From contig NC_043007.1 in assembly GCF_006345805.1 (NCBI RefSeq), forward strand, positions 46,872,001 through 46,936,000: a stretch of DNA of 64,000 bases, read 5' to 3'. How positions within the stretch are numbered: the first letter of the stretch is position 1; the number at the start of each line of letters is the position of its first letter. Positions 24,630-39,723 of this stretch are shown piece by piece. Position numbers and translations under genes: made by a program. The notes under the pieces were generated by a model. That model worked only from the letters and a program-made list of their open reading frames with translations. It was not told where the DNA came from and made no database searches. The stretch is from Octopus sinensis (taxonomy: Eukaryota).

Positions 24630-25182
24630 GAGTGAGAGAGCAGTTCATGCCATCAAAGTGACACTGGGGTAAAATATACGAAGCCCAATATACCCATCAT
24701 GACTACCCGTCTGATAAAGGTACACCAGGCACATGCATCACAACCATATGTGCTCCACATGGTGATCTCATATCAAGATAAACAGCACATGACCTTGCAG
24801 GTGGGGCCCAGTTAGAATTTTCTTCAGGTTGAGTAGCCCATCCCGCTCAAACGGTCCCTGAATAAGGGTGTTTAGGATGTTGAAAGAACCACCCATGTTT
24901 CCAGAGGTGAACTATTCAAACCCCAAAGAATCCCTCTCAACACATGGCTATGATGCTCCCCCCACTACTTCTGCTCATGATCAGAGATGCACATATCGTC
25001 AGCCACTAAGGGACATGCTCAACTGGTTAAGGTCAAACAACTGACAAGCAAATCTGTGGTATTGAGCAGAATATTTGCTGTAGCCCATCTTTTATACCAA
25101 GACAAAACAATGTACATGATAACACTTCCAATCAGTTAAGATCAGAAGCCATGAGAGCCACTGCCTGGTACTTCATCAGGGC
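24630..25182 (-). mobile_element. Element X, copy 2
   Basis: Reverse complement of 23472-24021 (roughly 90%+ by eye), with (ATT)n on both sides. Confidence 0.85.
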
Positions 25183-25225
<43 letters not shown>

Positions 25226-25250
25226 TTTTTTTTTTATTATTATTATTATT

Positions 25251-28105
25251 CTATGTTTGACTTTTGCTTTATATTGTACAAGTTGGCCAAGTCTCACCCA
25301 GAGACCTCAAGAGACAACAGGGTTGGAAGTTCATGTTGTGTGTTATGCCTAGTGTGCCATATATTTGGGGGGTGGGGATGTTGTACTAATGAATGTCTAA
25401 AAAAAAACAAAGGTTTTTTTTTTTTTTTTTTTAAACCGAAAATTATGTTTGTTTTAAACCTTGAGATTACATAGAGAGTATTTTGCGTAGGATATGAGCA
25501 GTTCCCATGAGCACTATCTTTTGCTTCTGCCATTTTTGGGTTTCCTGGTATCTCAGTTAGGTAGCTATCAGCCCCTTTTGCTATCATTCCTAGGGCACCT
25601 ATGACAACAGGTATTGTTTTAGTCTTCAGCTTCCACATTTTGCTGATTTCTATTTCAAGATCTTTATATTTGCTCAGTTTTTGGTAGGTCTTGACAGATA
25701 CGTTTATATCGATTGGGACAGTCATATCAATGAGGAGGCATGTTCTTTGTTTGAAGTCTTTCAATATGATGTTTGGCCTATTTGCATCTATCTTCCTGTC
25801 AGTTTGAATGGTGAAGTTCCAGAGGAGTGAGATGTGGTCATTTTCAAGCACTAGGGGTGGTTTGTGTTCCCACCAGTTTTTTTCATGGGGCAAATCCAGG
25901 TTTTTACAGATTACCCAGTGAATATATTGTGCAGCTCTATCGTGCCTGTTGAGATACTCTGTAGGCGCTAGAAAGACTGCACTTGGAGACCACATGGTCA
26001 ATGGTTTCATTTTGTTGCTTGCATACACGACACGTTCGACTGCTTCTGATCTTTAATATGTTGGCCTGGTAGTTTCTTGTTGGTAGGCATTGATCTTGAG
26101 CTGCTATGATAAACCCCTCTGTTTCAGATTTTAAGCCAGAGGCCATTAGCCATTGATGGGTCAGGGCTTTGTCGATATCTGCATTATTCGCTCTCTTTGG
26201 GTATTTGCCATAGAGAGGTTTTTCTTGCCATTTATTATTCAGAATATCTAAGGCCGCAGTTTTGGCACGGGTTTTCATGCGCCTAGCTTTTTCTGTGCTT
26301 GTTTCTTGTATATCTATCTCTAATTCCGAAATTGGTTGTATTCGGAATTCACTTAGATATTCCTTTGCCTGTTTTGTGACTGAGTATGATGCTTTCTTGT
26401 TTTCATGTTTTCAGACAAGTTTTAGCATCCAGTCCTCAGAGTTTTTCAGGTAGGTGTCTAGGCCAATTGTAGCAATCTTCATTGTTATTGCCAGTTGCAA
26501 AAGACCACGGCCTCCCTCTTTTCTTGGCAGATAGAGTCGTTCTGTATCTGCCTTAGGGTGGTGCATTCTATGCATTGTCAACAGTTTCCTTATTTTTCTG
26601 TCGAGCTGACATATTTCAGTAATTGACCAGTTAACAATATTGAAACTGTAAGTCACGACTGGTATAGCTAATGCATTGATTGCTTCGATCCTGTTTCTTG
26701 CATTCAGCTCTGTCTTGAGTATTGCTCTCACTCTTAGATAGCATTCTCTCCTGATCCTTTCCTTCATCTCTGAATGCCTTATTCCGTTCCCTTCAATTAC
26801 CCCTAGGTACTTGTAGCTCTCCGCTGGGTCTAGTTCTTTTATGACATTCTGTTGGTCAAGGTTAACGTTAGATGTTTCTGTCATTTTTCCTTTGATAAAG
26901 GTAGCCTTTGCACATTTATCGAGGCCGAATTGCATTCTGATGTCGTCACTGAATTGTTTGACTATCGCTAGTAAGCCCTTGAGTTGTTGATCATTTTTTG
27001 CAAAAAGCTTTAAATCATCCATGTAAACGAGATGATTTATATTTTTATCAAACATTTTATACCCGTACTGCGCGTCATTGAGCAGCTTTGAGAGAGGTAT
27101 TAAGGATAAACAAAAGAGGAGTGGTGACAGTGAGTCACCCTGGAAAATGCCACACGAAATTTTTACATCACCAGCATTTAGGGATTCACTGTCACTGTTC
27201 AGAGTTAGTGTGGTTCTCCATGATCTCATACTTACAGTCAAGAAGTTTCGCAGAGTTGGTGCTATCTTATACATTTCAAGGCATTTCCTAATCCAGCTAT
27301 GTGGTAGGCTATCAAAAGCCTTTTTATAGTCTATCCAGGCTATTGATAAGTTTTTGTGTCGTTTGTGACAATCTTCTAAGATCATCTTATTGATGAGTAG
27401 TTGGTCTTTACAGCCGTAGGATCCACGTTTACATCCTTTCTGTTCATTAGGGAATATGCTGCTGTCTGTTAAAAAACTATAGGTATATTCCGTCAGGACA
27501 GATGTTAGTGTTTTGTACATAGTTGTTAAGCAGGTTATGGGTCTATAGTTTTTGGGTCATTTGTTTCTTCACTTTTTGGAAGCAGGAATGTTAACCCATT
27601 AACTAGCCAAGGAGGCATCCTACTAGGGTGTTGCAAAGCATCATTGTACAGTTCTGTTAGCAGTTCATGGCTCTCTGGGAAGGCATTCAGCCAGAAGTTA
27701 GGAATTTTATCCTTTCCTGGAGACTTCCATTTGCTTGACCTCCTGAGAGCAGATCTTATATCTTCTACTTTGACACCCTCCCACTTTTGCTCTTCTAAGG
27801 GGTCCAGTTCTGTAGATATTCTGTCAATCCAGGGGGCCTTTTCGTTGTGTGTTTTTTCTTCTGCCCAGATTTTATTCCAAAATCTCTGCACTTCTTCTTT
27901 TGATGGTACAGACCCTGCAGTAAACGCTGTTTTTCCTATCTTCCTGTAAAAATTCTTGGTGTTATTTTTGAACATGTTGTTGTCCTTGAAAAATCTAACA
28001 CGCTTTTCATACCTCGCTATGCGGGCAGCTTTGGCAGATACCATTTGTTTGATGGTTTCTATGGTGGCATCAATATCAAGTATAGTTTTCATATTGTATT
28101 TTTTT
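25251..28105 (-). mobile_element. R4/Dong-clade non-LTR retrotransposon (LINE A), 5'-truncated, (AAT)n at both ends
   Basis: Single RT+RLE reading region; 3' UTR ends ...aagtcaaacatag(AAT)n with no poly(A) at the terminus. Confidence 0.9.
25467..28092 (-). pseudogene. RT - CCHC - restriction-like endonuclease ORF, frameshifted
   Basis: ORFs 27535-28092, 26411-27520, 25937-26278 and 25294-26028. Motifs WIDYKKAFDS, FQGDSLSP, YMDD, CRVC..ETIDHVVSKC, RHD, and NRPN (PD>PN)...LIDMTVP...QKLSKY. Confidence 0.9.
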
Positions 28106-28114
28106 AATTATTAC

Positions 28115-28179
<65 letters not shown>

Positions 28180-28222
28180 TATTATTATTATTATTATTAT
28201 CATTATTATTATTATTATTATT
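28106..28222. repeat. (ATT)n microsatellite
   Basis: Direct reading. Confidence 0.95.
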
Positions 28223-28774
28223 GAGTGAGAGAACAGTGCATGCCATCAAAGTGACACTAGGATAAAATATATGAAGCCCAGCATACACATCATGACTACC
28301 CGTCTGATAAGAGTATACTAGGCACATGCATCACAATCATATGTGCGAGACATGCTGATCCCATAAGAAGTTAAACAACACATGACCATGCAGGTGGGGC
28401 CGAGTTAGAATTTTCTTCTGGTCGAGTAAAACATTCCGCTCAAAAGGTCCCTGAATATGGATTTCTTAAGCGTGTTGAACGAACCACACATGTTCTAAAG
28501 GTGAATTATCCAAACCTGTAAGAATTCCTTTCAATACACGGCTATGATGCTCCCCCACTACTTCTGCTCATGATCAGAGATGCACATATCGTCAGCTACT
28601 AATGAACATGCTCAACTGGTTACGGTCAAACAACTGACAAGCAAATCTGTGCTATTCAGCAGAATATTTGCAGTAGCCCATCTTTTATACCAAGACAAAA
28701 CAATGTACATGATAACACTTCCAATCAGTTAAGATCCAAAGCATGAGAGCTACTGCCTGGTACTGCATCAGGGC
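28223..28774 (-). mobile_element. Element X, copy 3 (more diverged)
   Basis: Same ends as copy 2 (gagtgagaga... / ...catcagggc); about 23 differences in the first ~170 bp versus copy 2 by eye. Confidence 0.85.
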
Positions 28775-28778
28775 ATTA

Positions 28779-28862
<84 letters not shown>

Positions 28863-28885
28863 TTTATTTTTATTACTATTATTAA

Positions 28886-28933
<48 letters not shown>

Positions 28934-28966
28934 TACTACTACTACTATTACTACTACTACTACTAC
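28775..28966. repeat. (ATT)n/(ACT)n microsatellite
   Basis: Direct reading. Confidence 0.95.
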
Positions 28967-30156
28967 TCAATTGTAGCTTACAATTTGAACATGATCAACT
29001 GACAAATGAGCGAAATAAAGAAGCTAGACTCCAAGACAGCAAAACGACTAACCATGGCTCGAATGAATCACCCAAAAGTGGATGTGAACAGGATTTATTT
29101 ACCGAGAATCAAGGGAGGAAGGGCACTAGCTCAATTAGAATTATCTTACAAAAGCACCACTGCTGGATTAAATACATATCTTGAGCAGTCAAAAGATCCT
29201 CTAATGAAGCTTGTGCACCAGCATGATAAAATAATCCAGCTATACTCGATATACCGTTTAAGAAACAACTGATGACGGAGGAACCTAGGATGATGGTGAG
29301 TGAGAAAGTAACCCAGAAGAGCAAAGAAATGATGGCAAGAAAAACGGATGCATGGCCGATACCAATGTAGAGTGAACAAACCAGACGTAGAAAAATGAGA
29401 CACTCATGTATGGATGAAGAGCTCAGGACTGAAGGCTGAAACCGGTTTTATCATAGCAACACTAGATCAACGCTTGGCAAACAAGGATTACCAAAACAAA
29501 ATAATAAACGGTGGCACTGATCCGAAATGCAGAATGTGCCATGAGTAGAATGAAACAGGAGGCCACATTTTGACTGGATGCACAGCGCTTGCAAAAACCG
29601 AATATATTCATAGACACGATAGAGTAGCGCAATATATCCATTGGAAGATATGTAAACTCTACCAGCTTCCAACTTAAGAAAGATGGTACCAGTATAAACG
29701 TGAAACTGTGACGGGAAAAGGTGATGTGACAGTACTCTGGGACATGCCAATCAACACCGATAAAGAAATCAAATCAAACAGGCTTGATATAATCATCAAA
29801 GATGGGAAGAATAAGAAATGCTTAATGATAGTACCATCAGTACCATCAGAGAGAAATGTGTCCATTAGAGAAATTTCGAAGTTATTTAAGTACTAAGACC
29901 AAAAAATAGATGTGGAGAATGAAAAGCAACACAGCACCAGTGGTGATTGGAGCGTTAGGGCGAATAAAAAAGGGCCTTGATAAGCAGCGGAAAAAACTCC
30001 CTTGCAGTGTTAACGTGGGGACTTCCGAAAATAGTGTTACTAGGTTCCGCACATATTTTACGCCGTGTACTCTCCATGAGATGAGGACTCGCTGTGACCC
30101 TAGGTTTAAGGGATGACCCAGGTTCAGCAGAAGACAACGGACCATATTTTATTTTA
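28967..30156 (+). mobile_element. Second R4/Dong-like LINE (LINE B), 3' part, heavily decayed, followed by (AAT)n
   Basis: MSEIKKLDSKTAKRLTMARMNHPKVDVNRIYLPR, CRMC..ET..HILTGC, HDRVAQYIHW and NRLDIIIKD, with many stops; its 3' UTR differs from LINE A. Confidence 0.85.
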
Positions 30157-30840
30157 TAATAATAATAATGATAGTAATGGGACGGATAATAGGCACACGT
30201 GAAAATTAAATCGCTTACATGCATATAAAACTAGCTAGAAATATTGGCAAAATATGATATTTAAGTTGAGAAAACTCGAAGAAACGTGATACTGCATTAT
30301 TTATTGATTTTAGTCTTACACGTCAGGTTCACACACATTTATACACTCACATACACATACATTCATATATGTATACTAGAATAAAACTTTGAAGAAGGGA
30401 TAGTAATATTATTAAGCATTTAATAAACCTAGAAAAATACAGGACAAGAATTACGCCTAAAACAAAAGAAAAGAGCTTAAAATATTGCAGCAAATGTAAA
30501 TTAACTTTTTTCTCTCTAATATCTTTTAACCAGGTCTTCACCAGAAGAATGTTTCCATCAAGATCTTTTAAAATAATATAATTTGAAGAACTGAGAAATT
30601 ACGAGTCAAAGTAAATATTAGGCGTTACTTTCCCCAAATTTGGTCCTACATTTACAGTATCCTTTCTCTATTGAACCAAATTTCGATTATTTTATGTCAA
30701 AATGTAGCTTACCCATCATAGTGCAAAAGATCGAATTAAGATTGTGGTAAAACGTTAAACTCGCCGCGAGTGAGTAAAATTTGACCTTAAGATTATTATT
30801 CACTCACTACCGTGGGTGAATGATATATATATGTATATAT

Positions 30841-31674
<834 letters not shown>

Positions 31675-31724
31675 CAAATATATATAGCGGCGCCCGAACC
31701 CTGTTTAGTCATGTATGTAAGTAC

Positions 31725-31825
<101 letters not shown>

Positions 31826-31835
31826 TATATATATA

Positions 31836-32015
31836 TGAGGGAATAATTCACACAAAAAAAGGCGAAGACAGGTGGTGTAGACAACAGAGAGATGTATTAG
31901 TATAACACTCGGAAAGTGAAAAACTCTTTAACGTTACGAGCCTACGCTCTTCCACAGAAAGGGACACAGAAAGAAACAAGGAGAGAAAATAAAGAAAGTG
32001 TAGTGGCTAGCGATC
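31836..32015 (-). mobile_element. Family P1 copy ending at (TA)n
   Basis: Reverse complement reads ccctttctgtggaagagcgtaggctcgtaacgttaaagag...ctacaccacctgtcttcg...gtgaattattccctc(AT)n. Confidence 0.65.
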
Positions 32016-33250
32016 TATCATGGCACTCCCATGTCACAGGTTATTGATACCAGATAGTTAAAGTGGTATGATATTGCTAGGGTTTTACATTTAGTTCATT
32101 TTAATTCTGTTCTCTCTTTTAAGTAGTTTTTGTTACGATTTTGTGTCAATTCTTGTATTATTTACATGCTTTTAAGTAGAAATATTTAAATGTATTAGGT
32201 ATTATTAGGGTTTATATGTAAAATTTGCATAGCTCCACATTGGTTTATTCTCATGAACTGTTGTTTCAAGATGATTGATGCCTGGTAGTTAAAGTAATAT
32301 GTTATCCCGTGAGTATACGTTTGGATGCTTTTAATTGCGATCATTGTCTTTTCGCGCATTTTATATATTAGGTGTCGAAGACTGTAAGATAACAATGTTT
32401 ATGCGTTTATGTCTCTTAATTGGTCTATGTGTTTGCCGTTGTCCGTTTATTATTTCTTAGGCTATTACTTTTTCTTTTATCTATTGGCAATATTCAAATA
32501 CTCTGTTCAGTTATTTTATGTACGAATACATTCAATAGCAATTTTTTCACTAAGTTTATTTCTGTAGTGTGTTTAAATGTTTTATTTTTAAACTTTTATA
32601 ATTCGTACTGTTGCAATGTCAATATTCATATTTATCTGTTTGTTTACAGTTCAGTTTTATTTTCAATGATTTGTAGCTATAGGTGTGTAACGATTACATT
32701 TGATATTACATATATTTGTATCAGTAATAACAAACTAATGTAAACCTAAAGCAAAAATTGCGATAATGTTTCGCTCCGTTTCTTGACTATTATTTCCGAG
32801 GCAGCGCTACGTTCCTAACGCTGCTGACACTGCATAAAGGAATGATACTACCAAAACATCAAAACCGTACTGATACCGTTATAACAGATGAATGATGTAT
32901 ACGCTTATGTTGTTTCTGAATGCAATTTTTTTGATTTCGTGTACTCTTTGTTCTACAGTGTTATTCATTAAAATTGTAGCTCTCTGGGATCAACGGAATT
33001 GCGAATTTATGTAAACAAGTAATAACAGATAGCTAATGGCACACTCTCTACAACTGTTTCAGCGGTGTATTTTATTGATGAATCGTGTTATTACAACATG
33101 CTAAAAAAACTAATACTTTTCCGCGGGTGAATATATATAAACGAATTAAAAATAAAAAAAAAAACATACATCGAATTTAAGTATGTGCCATATAATGTCA
33201 CTCTAGCGAACGTCAAACCTGATTCTCTTTAATTTTGTTTAAATGTATGT

Positions 33251-33307
<57 letters not shown>

Positions 33308-33631
33308 CAAATTTCAACTATCGAAATTGAAAAGATTAGGATGTAGGCCATTTTTGGAACAATGACAACACCACTTGTATGATAGATTTCGGGTTAACTT
33401 GCATTTAATTTATATTCTATATGAACGATGCTATTGACTCCGCCTTTAAGACGCGGCAATTAATATTACATGGATATAAAGATGTAAATTTTGTAGTGTC
33501 CATTAATTGTTGTAGAAACATATGTAGGTCAGAAATGAAACGAAGTAATTAACTGCTGATGCATATATATATTTATATATGCATACATATATGTGTATAT
33601 ATGTATATATATATTTAAATATACATGTATG

Positions 33632-33668
<37 letters not shown>

Positions 33669-35284
33669 ATGTGTGTGTGTGTGTGTGCGTGTGTGTCTGT
33701 GTGCGAACAAATTTTATATCACTCATAAACTGCGCAGACTCTGCTTCGTCTGACTTATTAATTGCAAAATATCTCTGATATTTATCTGACTTCCAAGCGA
33801 CTTTCATACAAAGCAAACAAAAAAAATGCCTGTTAAGGTATGTATAAATATTTAAGTCTGTAGTTAGTTTGCAATATTAATTAACTGATTAATACTACAC
33901 ACATAGTGACAAGAAAAATACCATTAGCTTAATTAAAATTTGTAATGAAGGCAGTGTGCAAATTTACAACCTGTAAATTCATTGAAATTGAATTACGGTA
34001 CGCATTCAAATGTAAAGCAGATCATAGACAGAAATTGTGATCAATACTTCAGGAATATTTGTTTCTGTAGCGATCTTCAGCGAAGTCTAATATTTACCTC
34101 TAGCAGTTAAACTTTCAGATGACTGCGACACTTAAGTTGTTGCAATTACTAAACTTATGGTGAACGTCTTAATATGAAATACTATTTGAAATATTTTGGG
34201 GGATGAATCTGATCTTATTAATAATTTCATAACATATTCAAGGTGTACATATATTGGTGGTTATTTTTTGGTTCTAGGTAGCAAGAGTCACAAGTAGTTT
34301 CAGTTGATATAGGTGACGCTGAAGAGAATACAAGGAGAAATTGTAAAGAACGTACCTAAAACTGAATAAACAAGGAACAGTGTGTTCAACCATTCGATCT
34401 AGTGATGTAACTGCCAGATTCGCCTCAATTCTTGTGGTAATGTCTCAGAATTATCTATTGAACAAAGAACTGAAAATTGAAAATTGGTTCATCACAATTC
34501 AAACAACATATTCATGAATCTACTCCTCATCTAGGACTGACGTGTTCCTGTGCAAAAGATATGCAAGGTTTTGTATCTCGGTTGTATTTTGTTCAGCGGC
34601 AATCTAGACAATCACATTCGTGTCTTTATACGTGTCTTTAGCATATTTGCCTGCGGGAAGATTTATTACGTAATGTTTCTGAGAAATTAATTCAATTATG
34701 AATATACATTTTAACTGACAACTTGGATATCGTGAGCAATATTAGAAGATGAAAGCAAAAGGGAGAAAAACTGCCATAATTTGTGAAAACAAGCATGAGA
34801 AATAAGTTTGAGATATGAAAATAAAATAAAATGTCATGACAGGATGTCATGGAAAGCGTTGGATAGAGAATGCGGATAATTTACTATAAATAATCATTTA
34901 TTTACTATTTAGACTTATTGAACTGGAGTAATATAGGGGTATTATATCCGAAGGTGTTTATCGATTGCATTGATCACGGTACATTTTTCTATTAATTATA
35001 TTATTGAATTTGGAACGATGAAAATAAAGACTGACTAAGGATATATTTGAACTTACAATAGAAAGAGATGCAAAAGAAATACCAAATATCATGATTACAG
35101 CAACGTATCGACTGCAAAGAAGCGACTGAAAATTATATAGTTAATTACAAACGGTATAAAAATACATTGGCACTAGCACGGATGTAGTTGCTGTGACACA
35201 CATACACACACACTTGCGCGTGCACACACACATATATACCTCTTTAAAATATCTTGTTGAGAAAGAAAATTTAACAGCGACAAA

Positions 35285-35297
35285 AGTAGTAGTAGTA

Positions 35298-35362
<65 letters not shown>

Positions 35363-35371
35363 GTAGTAGTT

Positions 35372-35420
<49 letters not shown>

Positions 35421-35460
35421 CAGTGGTGGTGGTTGGTGGTGGTGGTGGTGGTGGTGGTAG
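35285..35460. repeat. (AGT)n/(GGT)n microsatellite
   Basis: Direct reading. Confidence 0.95.
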
Positions 35461-35879
35461 TTTGAGAAATAAGTTATAGATGTAGGCTGACTGAAATAAC
35501 AATATGAAAATGTCAATAAAGATGGAGTGAAAGAGAAGAGATTAAAATTCTTAAAGAAAAAAGACGAGCAAAGACGAGGTTGATGATTTAAGGAATAAAT
35601 GGTACAATAATAAATAAAGAACGAGAAGAGATGTTTCAGAGGCAGATATATGCAATATCAATATCAACATATGGAAGTAAAATATAAAGATACTCGTAAA
35701 AAAAATCTGTTGAAAATTGAAACGATTTGCAATGTTCCTTCATTGATAATCTCAGGAATTATTGCCTTGTAAAGAAATTGTTTATGCGTTTGTAATAACA
35801 CAAAAAAATGAAAACAATTCTGACAACAATAATAACAATTGCAACAGCAGTGATGATAATAATAATAAGAATAAAAATA

Positions 35880-35880
35880 T

Positions 35881-35927
<47 letters not shown>

Positions 35928-36070
35928 AGAAGAAGAAGAAGAAGAAGAAGAAGAAGAAGAAGAAGAAGAAGAAGAAGAAGAAGAAGAAGAAGAAGAAGAA
36001 GAAGAAGAATGATGATGGTGATGTTGATGATGATGATGCAGATGATGATGCTGATATTGAAAATGATGAT
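35880..36070. repeat. (AAG)n then (GAT)n microsatellite
   Basis: Direct reading. Confidence 0.95.
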
Positions 36071-36912
36071 AATTATCGTTTTACTTCATTTTACTTGTCT
36101 CTAAAGACCACCTGAGTAATAACAATGGATCCACAATTTTATTGCAACTCAAAGAAGTTTTAGATAATATGCCGTGTTTAAAATAGATTTACTCCTACTT
36201 TACTAAAACATTAGCCATTCTCTCGGGAAATGAAATACTACGAAAACTAATAAACTGAACTAATAAAAGGATACTAAAAAACTGAAAGGAAAATTATATC
36301 TATAAACATTTGTGTGTTTAAAGAAAAATATGTAAGAGAAGAATTGCTGCCCATACACACACACAATATATATATATATATAGACATGTTAGTGTATATT
36401 TACAAATACAATAGTATAAATATATATAACCTAATAAACAAGTGCGTTTATGGAGGTCCGTACATGTAATTATTCCATTTTGTTTGCTTATATGAATGTA
36501 GTTTTACAGAGATATTTTGTAAATTTGAACTCATGCAAGTATCTGCATGTGCATGCGTATTCTTTCCTGTAAATGTAAGTGTATATGTTATTATACACGT
36601 TTACGTTTGTGCTAAATAGGTGAATTACGGTGGTTATATTTCGGTGAAATCGGATTGCATGCATAATTAAGCGGACAGATTTAATGTATTTAAACAATGC
36701 AACTAGGTGAAGATGAAAATAGCGTGTGCAAGATAAAATGGCATTATCGTTGGTGAAATATTCTGTGCATTCTTGCTGAGAGAAAACCGTGCCAGATTCA
36801 AGTTATTTTACAGTAACATATACACGCACGCGTGAAATCGAAATCGTCATACATATATAATACATACATATATACATGTATATAAATATATATATATATA
36901 TATTATATATAT

Positions 36913-36963
<51 letters not shown>

Positions 36964-37136
36964 AATGCATGTATGTATGTATGTATGGTTGTATAGTGTT
37001 AGAACTCTACTGGAAGGAAGATGTTGCTTTTAATATTTTGCTTAGGCGACTCTATTGTATCTTATAGCCAGATACAGCTGTAAGGTAATGAAGGTTCATA
37101 ATATAATTCTTTGTCATCCCATTTCATATATATATA

Positions 37137-37202
<66 letters not shown>

Positions 37203-37899
37203 CATACATACATACATACATACATACTTACTATATACGTACATACATACTTACATAATACATACATAATACATACATACATACATACATACATACATAC
37301 ATACATACATAGAAGCACAATTACGCAGGCTTGTATTTAATGCATTTTATTGAAAATATAACATTTCATTTATAAAAATATGTATATTTGTTTATACGAA
37401 TGAATTGGATCGTAAATAGGCGTTTTAAATACGCAAGGTATAGTTTTACTCTTATACTTTAGTTCTTAATGGTTCTTTTCACATCACTCTCGTAAATAGT
37501 GTCACCTGAACATTTATACGTTTTTCTGTTCCTTCTTTTGGTATATTTATCTCATTTGTACATTTCTTTGCATTTTTCTCTTTAAATTTATATGCATTTA
37601 CTGTTGCGTATTCTGTCTTGCGTATTCAATGAATTGTTTGTTTGTCAGTTCTTTGCTTTGTAAACTTACTTGTTTTTGTTGTGTGGCTTTTATCGTTTTA
37701 CATTTTGCTTTAAACCATGTATACACACTAATCAATGCAAACTAAATGATTTACAGTAGAGAGGGCCGTATGATACAGATAAACTTACACCAGTTTTCCC
37801 TATTTGCTACTTTTTAATGTTACTCAAGTCTCTGATGGCTGAATTGGGATATTTCCCATTAAGTTACAGTGCTATTCCCAAACGTATTATCAGTAAGTA

Positions 37900-38280
37900 G
37901 TGGAGGCGCAATGGCCCAGTGGTTAGGGCAGCGGACTTGCGGTCGTAGGATCGCGGTTTCGATTCCCAGACCGGGCATTGTGAGTGTTTATTGAGCGAAA
38001 AACACCTAAAGCTCCACGAGGCTCCGGCAGGGGATGGTGGTGATCCCTGCTGTACTCTTTCACCACAACATTCTCTCACTCTTACTTCCTGTTTTCTGTT
38101 TACTGTATTTCAAAAGGCCGGCCTTGTCACTCTCTGTGTCACGCTGAATATCCCCGAGAACTACGTTAAGGGTACACGTCTGTGGAGTGCTCAGCCACTT
38201 ACACGTTAATTTCACGAGCAGGCTGTTCCGTTGATCGGATCAACCGGAACCCTCGTCGTCGTAACCGACGGAGTGCTTCC
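37900..38280 (+). mobile_element. Young tRNA-derived SINE (381 bp) with 11-bp TSD
   Basis: A box TGGCCCAGTGG and B box GGTTTCGATTCC. ATCAGTAAGTA is duplicated at 37889-37899 and 38281-38291. Confidence 0.92.
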
Positions 38281-38378
38281 ATCAGTAAGTAATAAAAGAA
38301 GAAAAAACGAATAATCTGTATTATGAGGAGTTGAATACGGTTAAAGAACAATGTCACTGAAATCAGATACAAAATATA

Positions 38379-39530
38379 TACGAGGGTCGGCTGAAAAGTT
38401 CACAGGCTGAACAAAATATTCTCATAGAATGTGGCCAAAGGAGGTGTATTTTTCAAGAGGCTTACTTTAGAGTCCACACACTTCTGCCTTCGGTGTTACT
38501 GTCATTGGATCCCATTGGTGAAGAAGCATTCATTTTGTTGGACATCAACAACAATGGCTATGATATCACAACTGCTATGCTGGTTCCCAGCCAAGTTTTT
38601 GTTCCTGTTGGGGAACAGTTGACAGTCAGACGGGGCCAAACCAGGAGAACAGAGGAAGTGTGATCGACTAGTTCAAAGACACAGTCGCGTACAGCAGCCA
38701 TTGAAACGAAGGACATGTTTGCTGGAACATTGCTCTGGTGAATCAAAACACCTTTCGGCAGTTTGCCTTTGTATTTGCTCTAGATTGGCTTTCGTAAATG
38801 TCTCAGTAAGTTGCCGTAGTACTCTTCATTGAAGGTAGTCAATAAGCACACGGCGTTTATCACCTAGAAATCTGAGGCCAGCATCTTCCATGCAGAAGAA
38901 ACGACCTTGGCCTTCATTGGAGCAGGTGGGGGTGTGTGTTTCCACTGCAAGGATTGTCTCTTTGTCTGTAGCTCAAAGTTATGAATCCAACACTCGTCCT
39001 AGCTTAGGAAACATTTAAGGAAACCAGCCTAAAACAACGTCGATTTTCCTTGATGTGATCAGCCTGGTGGGCTTTTGTCCAGGTGTCAAAAGACGTATCA
39101 CACACGAAGCAGAACCCTCCGTGGATGCCATGTGAATTGTGAAGAATATTTGCAACTCTCTGACGCAATGCACCAATACGTAATATTGGATGCTTCATTT
39201 ACAATCAATCGCCTCTCATCCAGCACATGTGTGGACAATGATCAATATTTTTTCCTCAGTGGTGGTAGTTGAACGATGTCCAGTCCTTGAGTCCTCTTCA
39301 AGACTTTGCATTTCTCTCCCGAATTTAGCTACCCACTTTTTGACTGTTGACGAAGCTGCAACAATGTCAGCATGAATGTCCTTGGTAGCAAAACACTTTT
39401 GCGGTAAGTACTTCCTGACGCTACGATGCTAAATTTTGTCCATTTTCAAAAGAAATCGCTTACAGTTACTTTTGAAGTCTTCCTTGAAAAGTCTGATATT
39501 AATTTCCCTGAAAGAAAAAAAATGCAGTTA
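38379..39530 (-). mobile_element. Decayed mariner, same family as 18806-20094
   Basis: TIR tacgagggtcggctgaaaagttcacaggctgaac. Minus strand N-terminus MDKI*HRSVRKYL..TKDIHADIVA, and QSNVPA resembling QDNAP. Confidence 0.8.
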
Positions 39531-39642
39531 CTAAGAATAGCCAACAATATTGCAAGCAAGATTACACGGATCTAGCAACACTCCTCCAGTCACACCCGTG
39601 TACACACACAAACACACACACACACAACACACACACACACAC

Positions 39643-39723
<81 letters not shown>

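Noticed and set aside
37900-37975. tRNA gene
   Set aside because: A and B boxes are present, but it continues into a 300-bp SINE body with an 11-bp TSD and lacks a proper acceptor stem.
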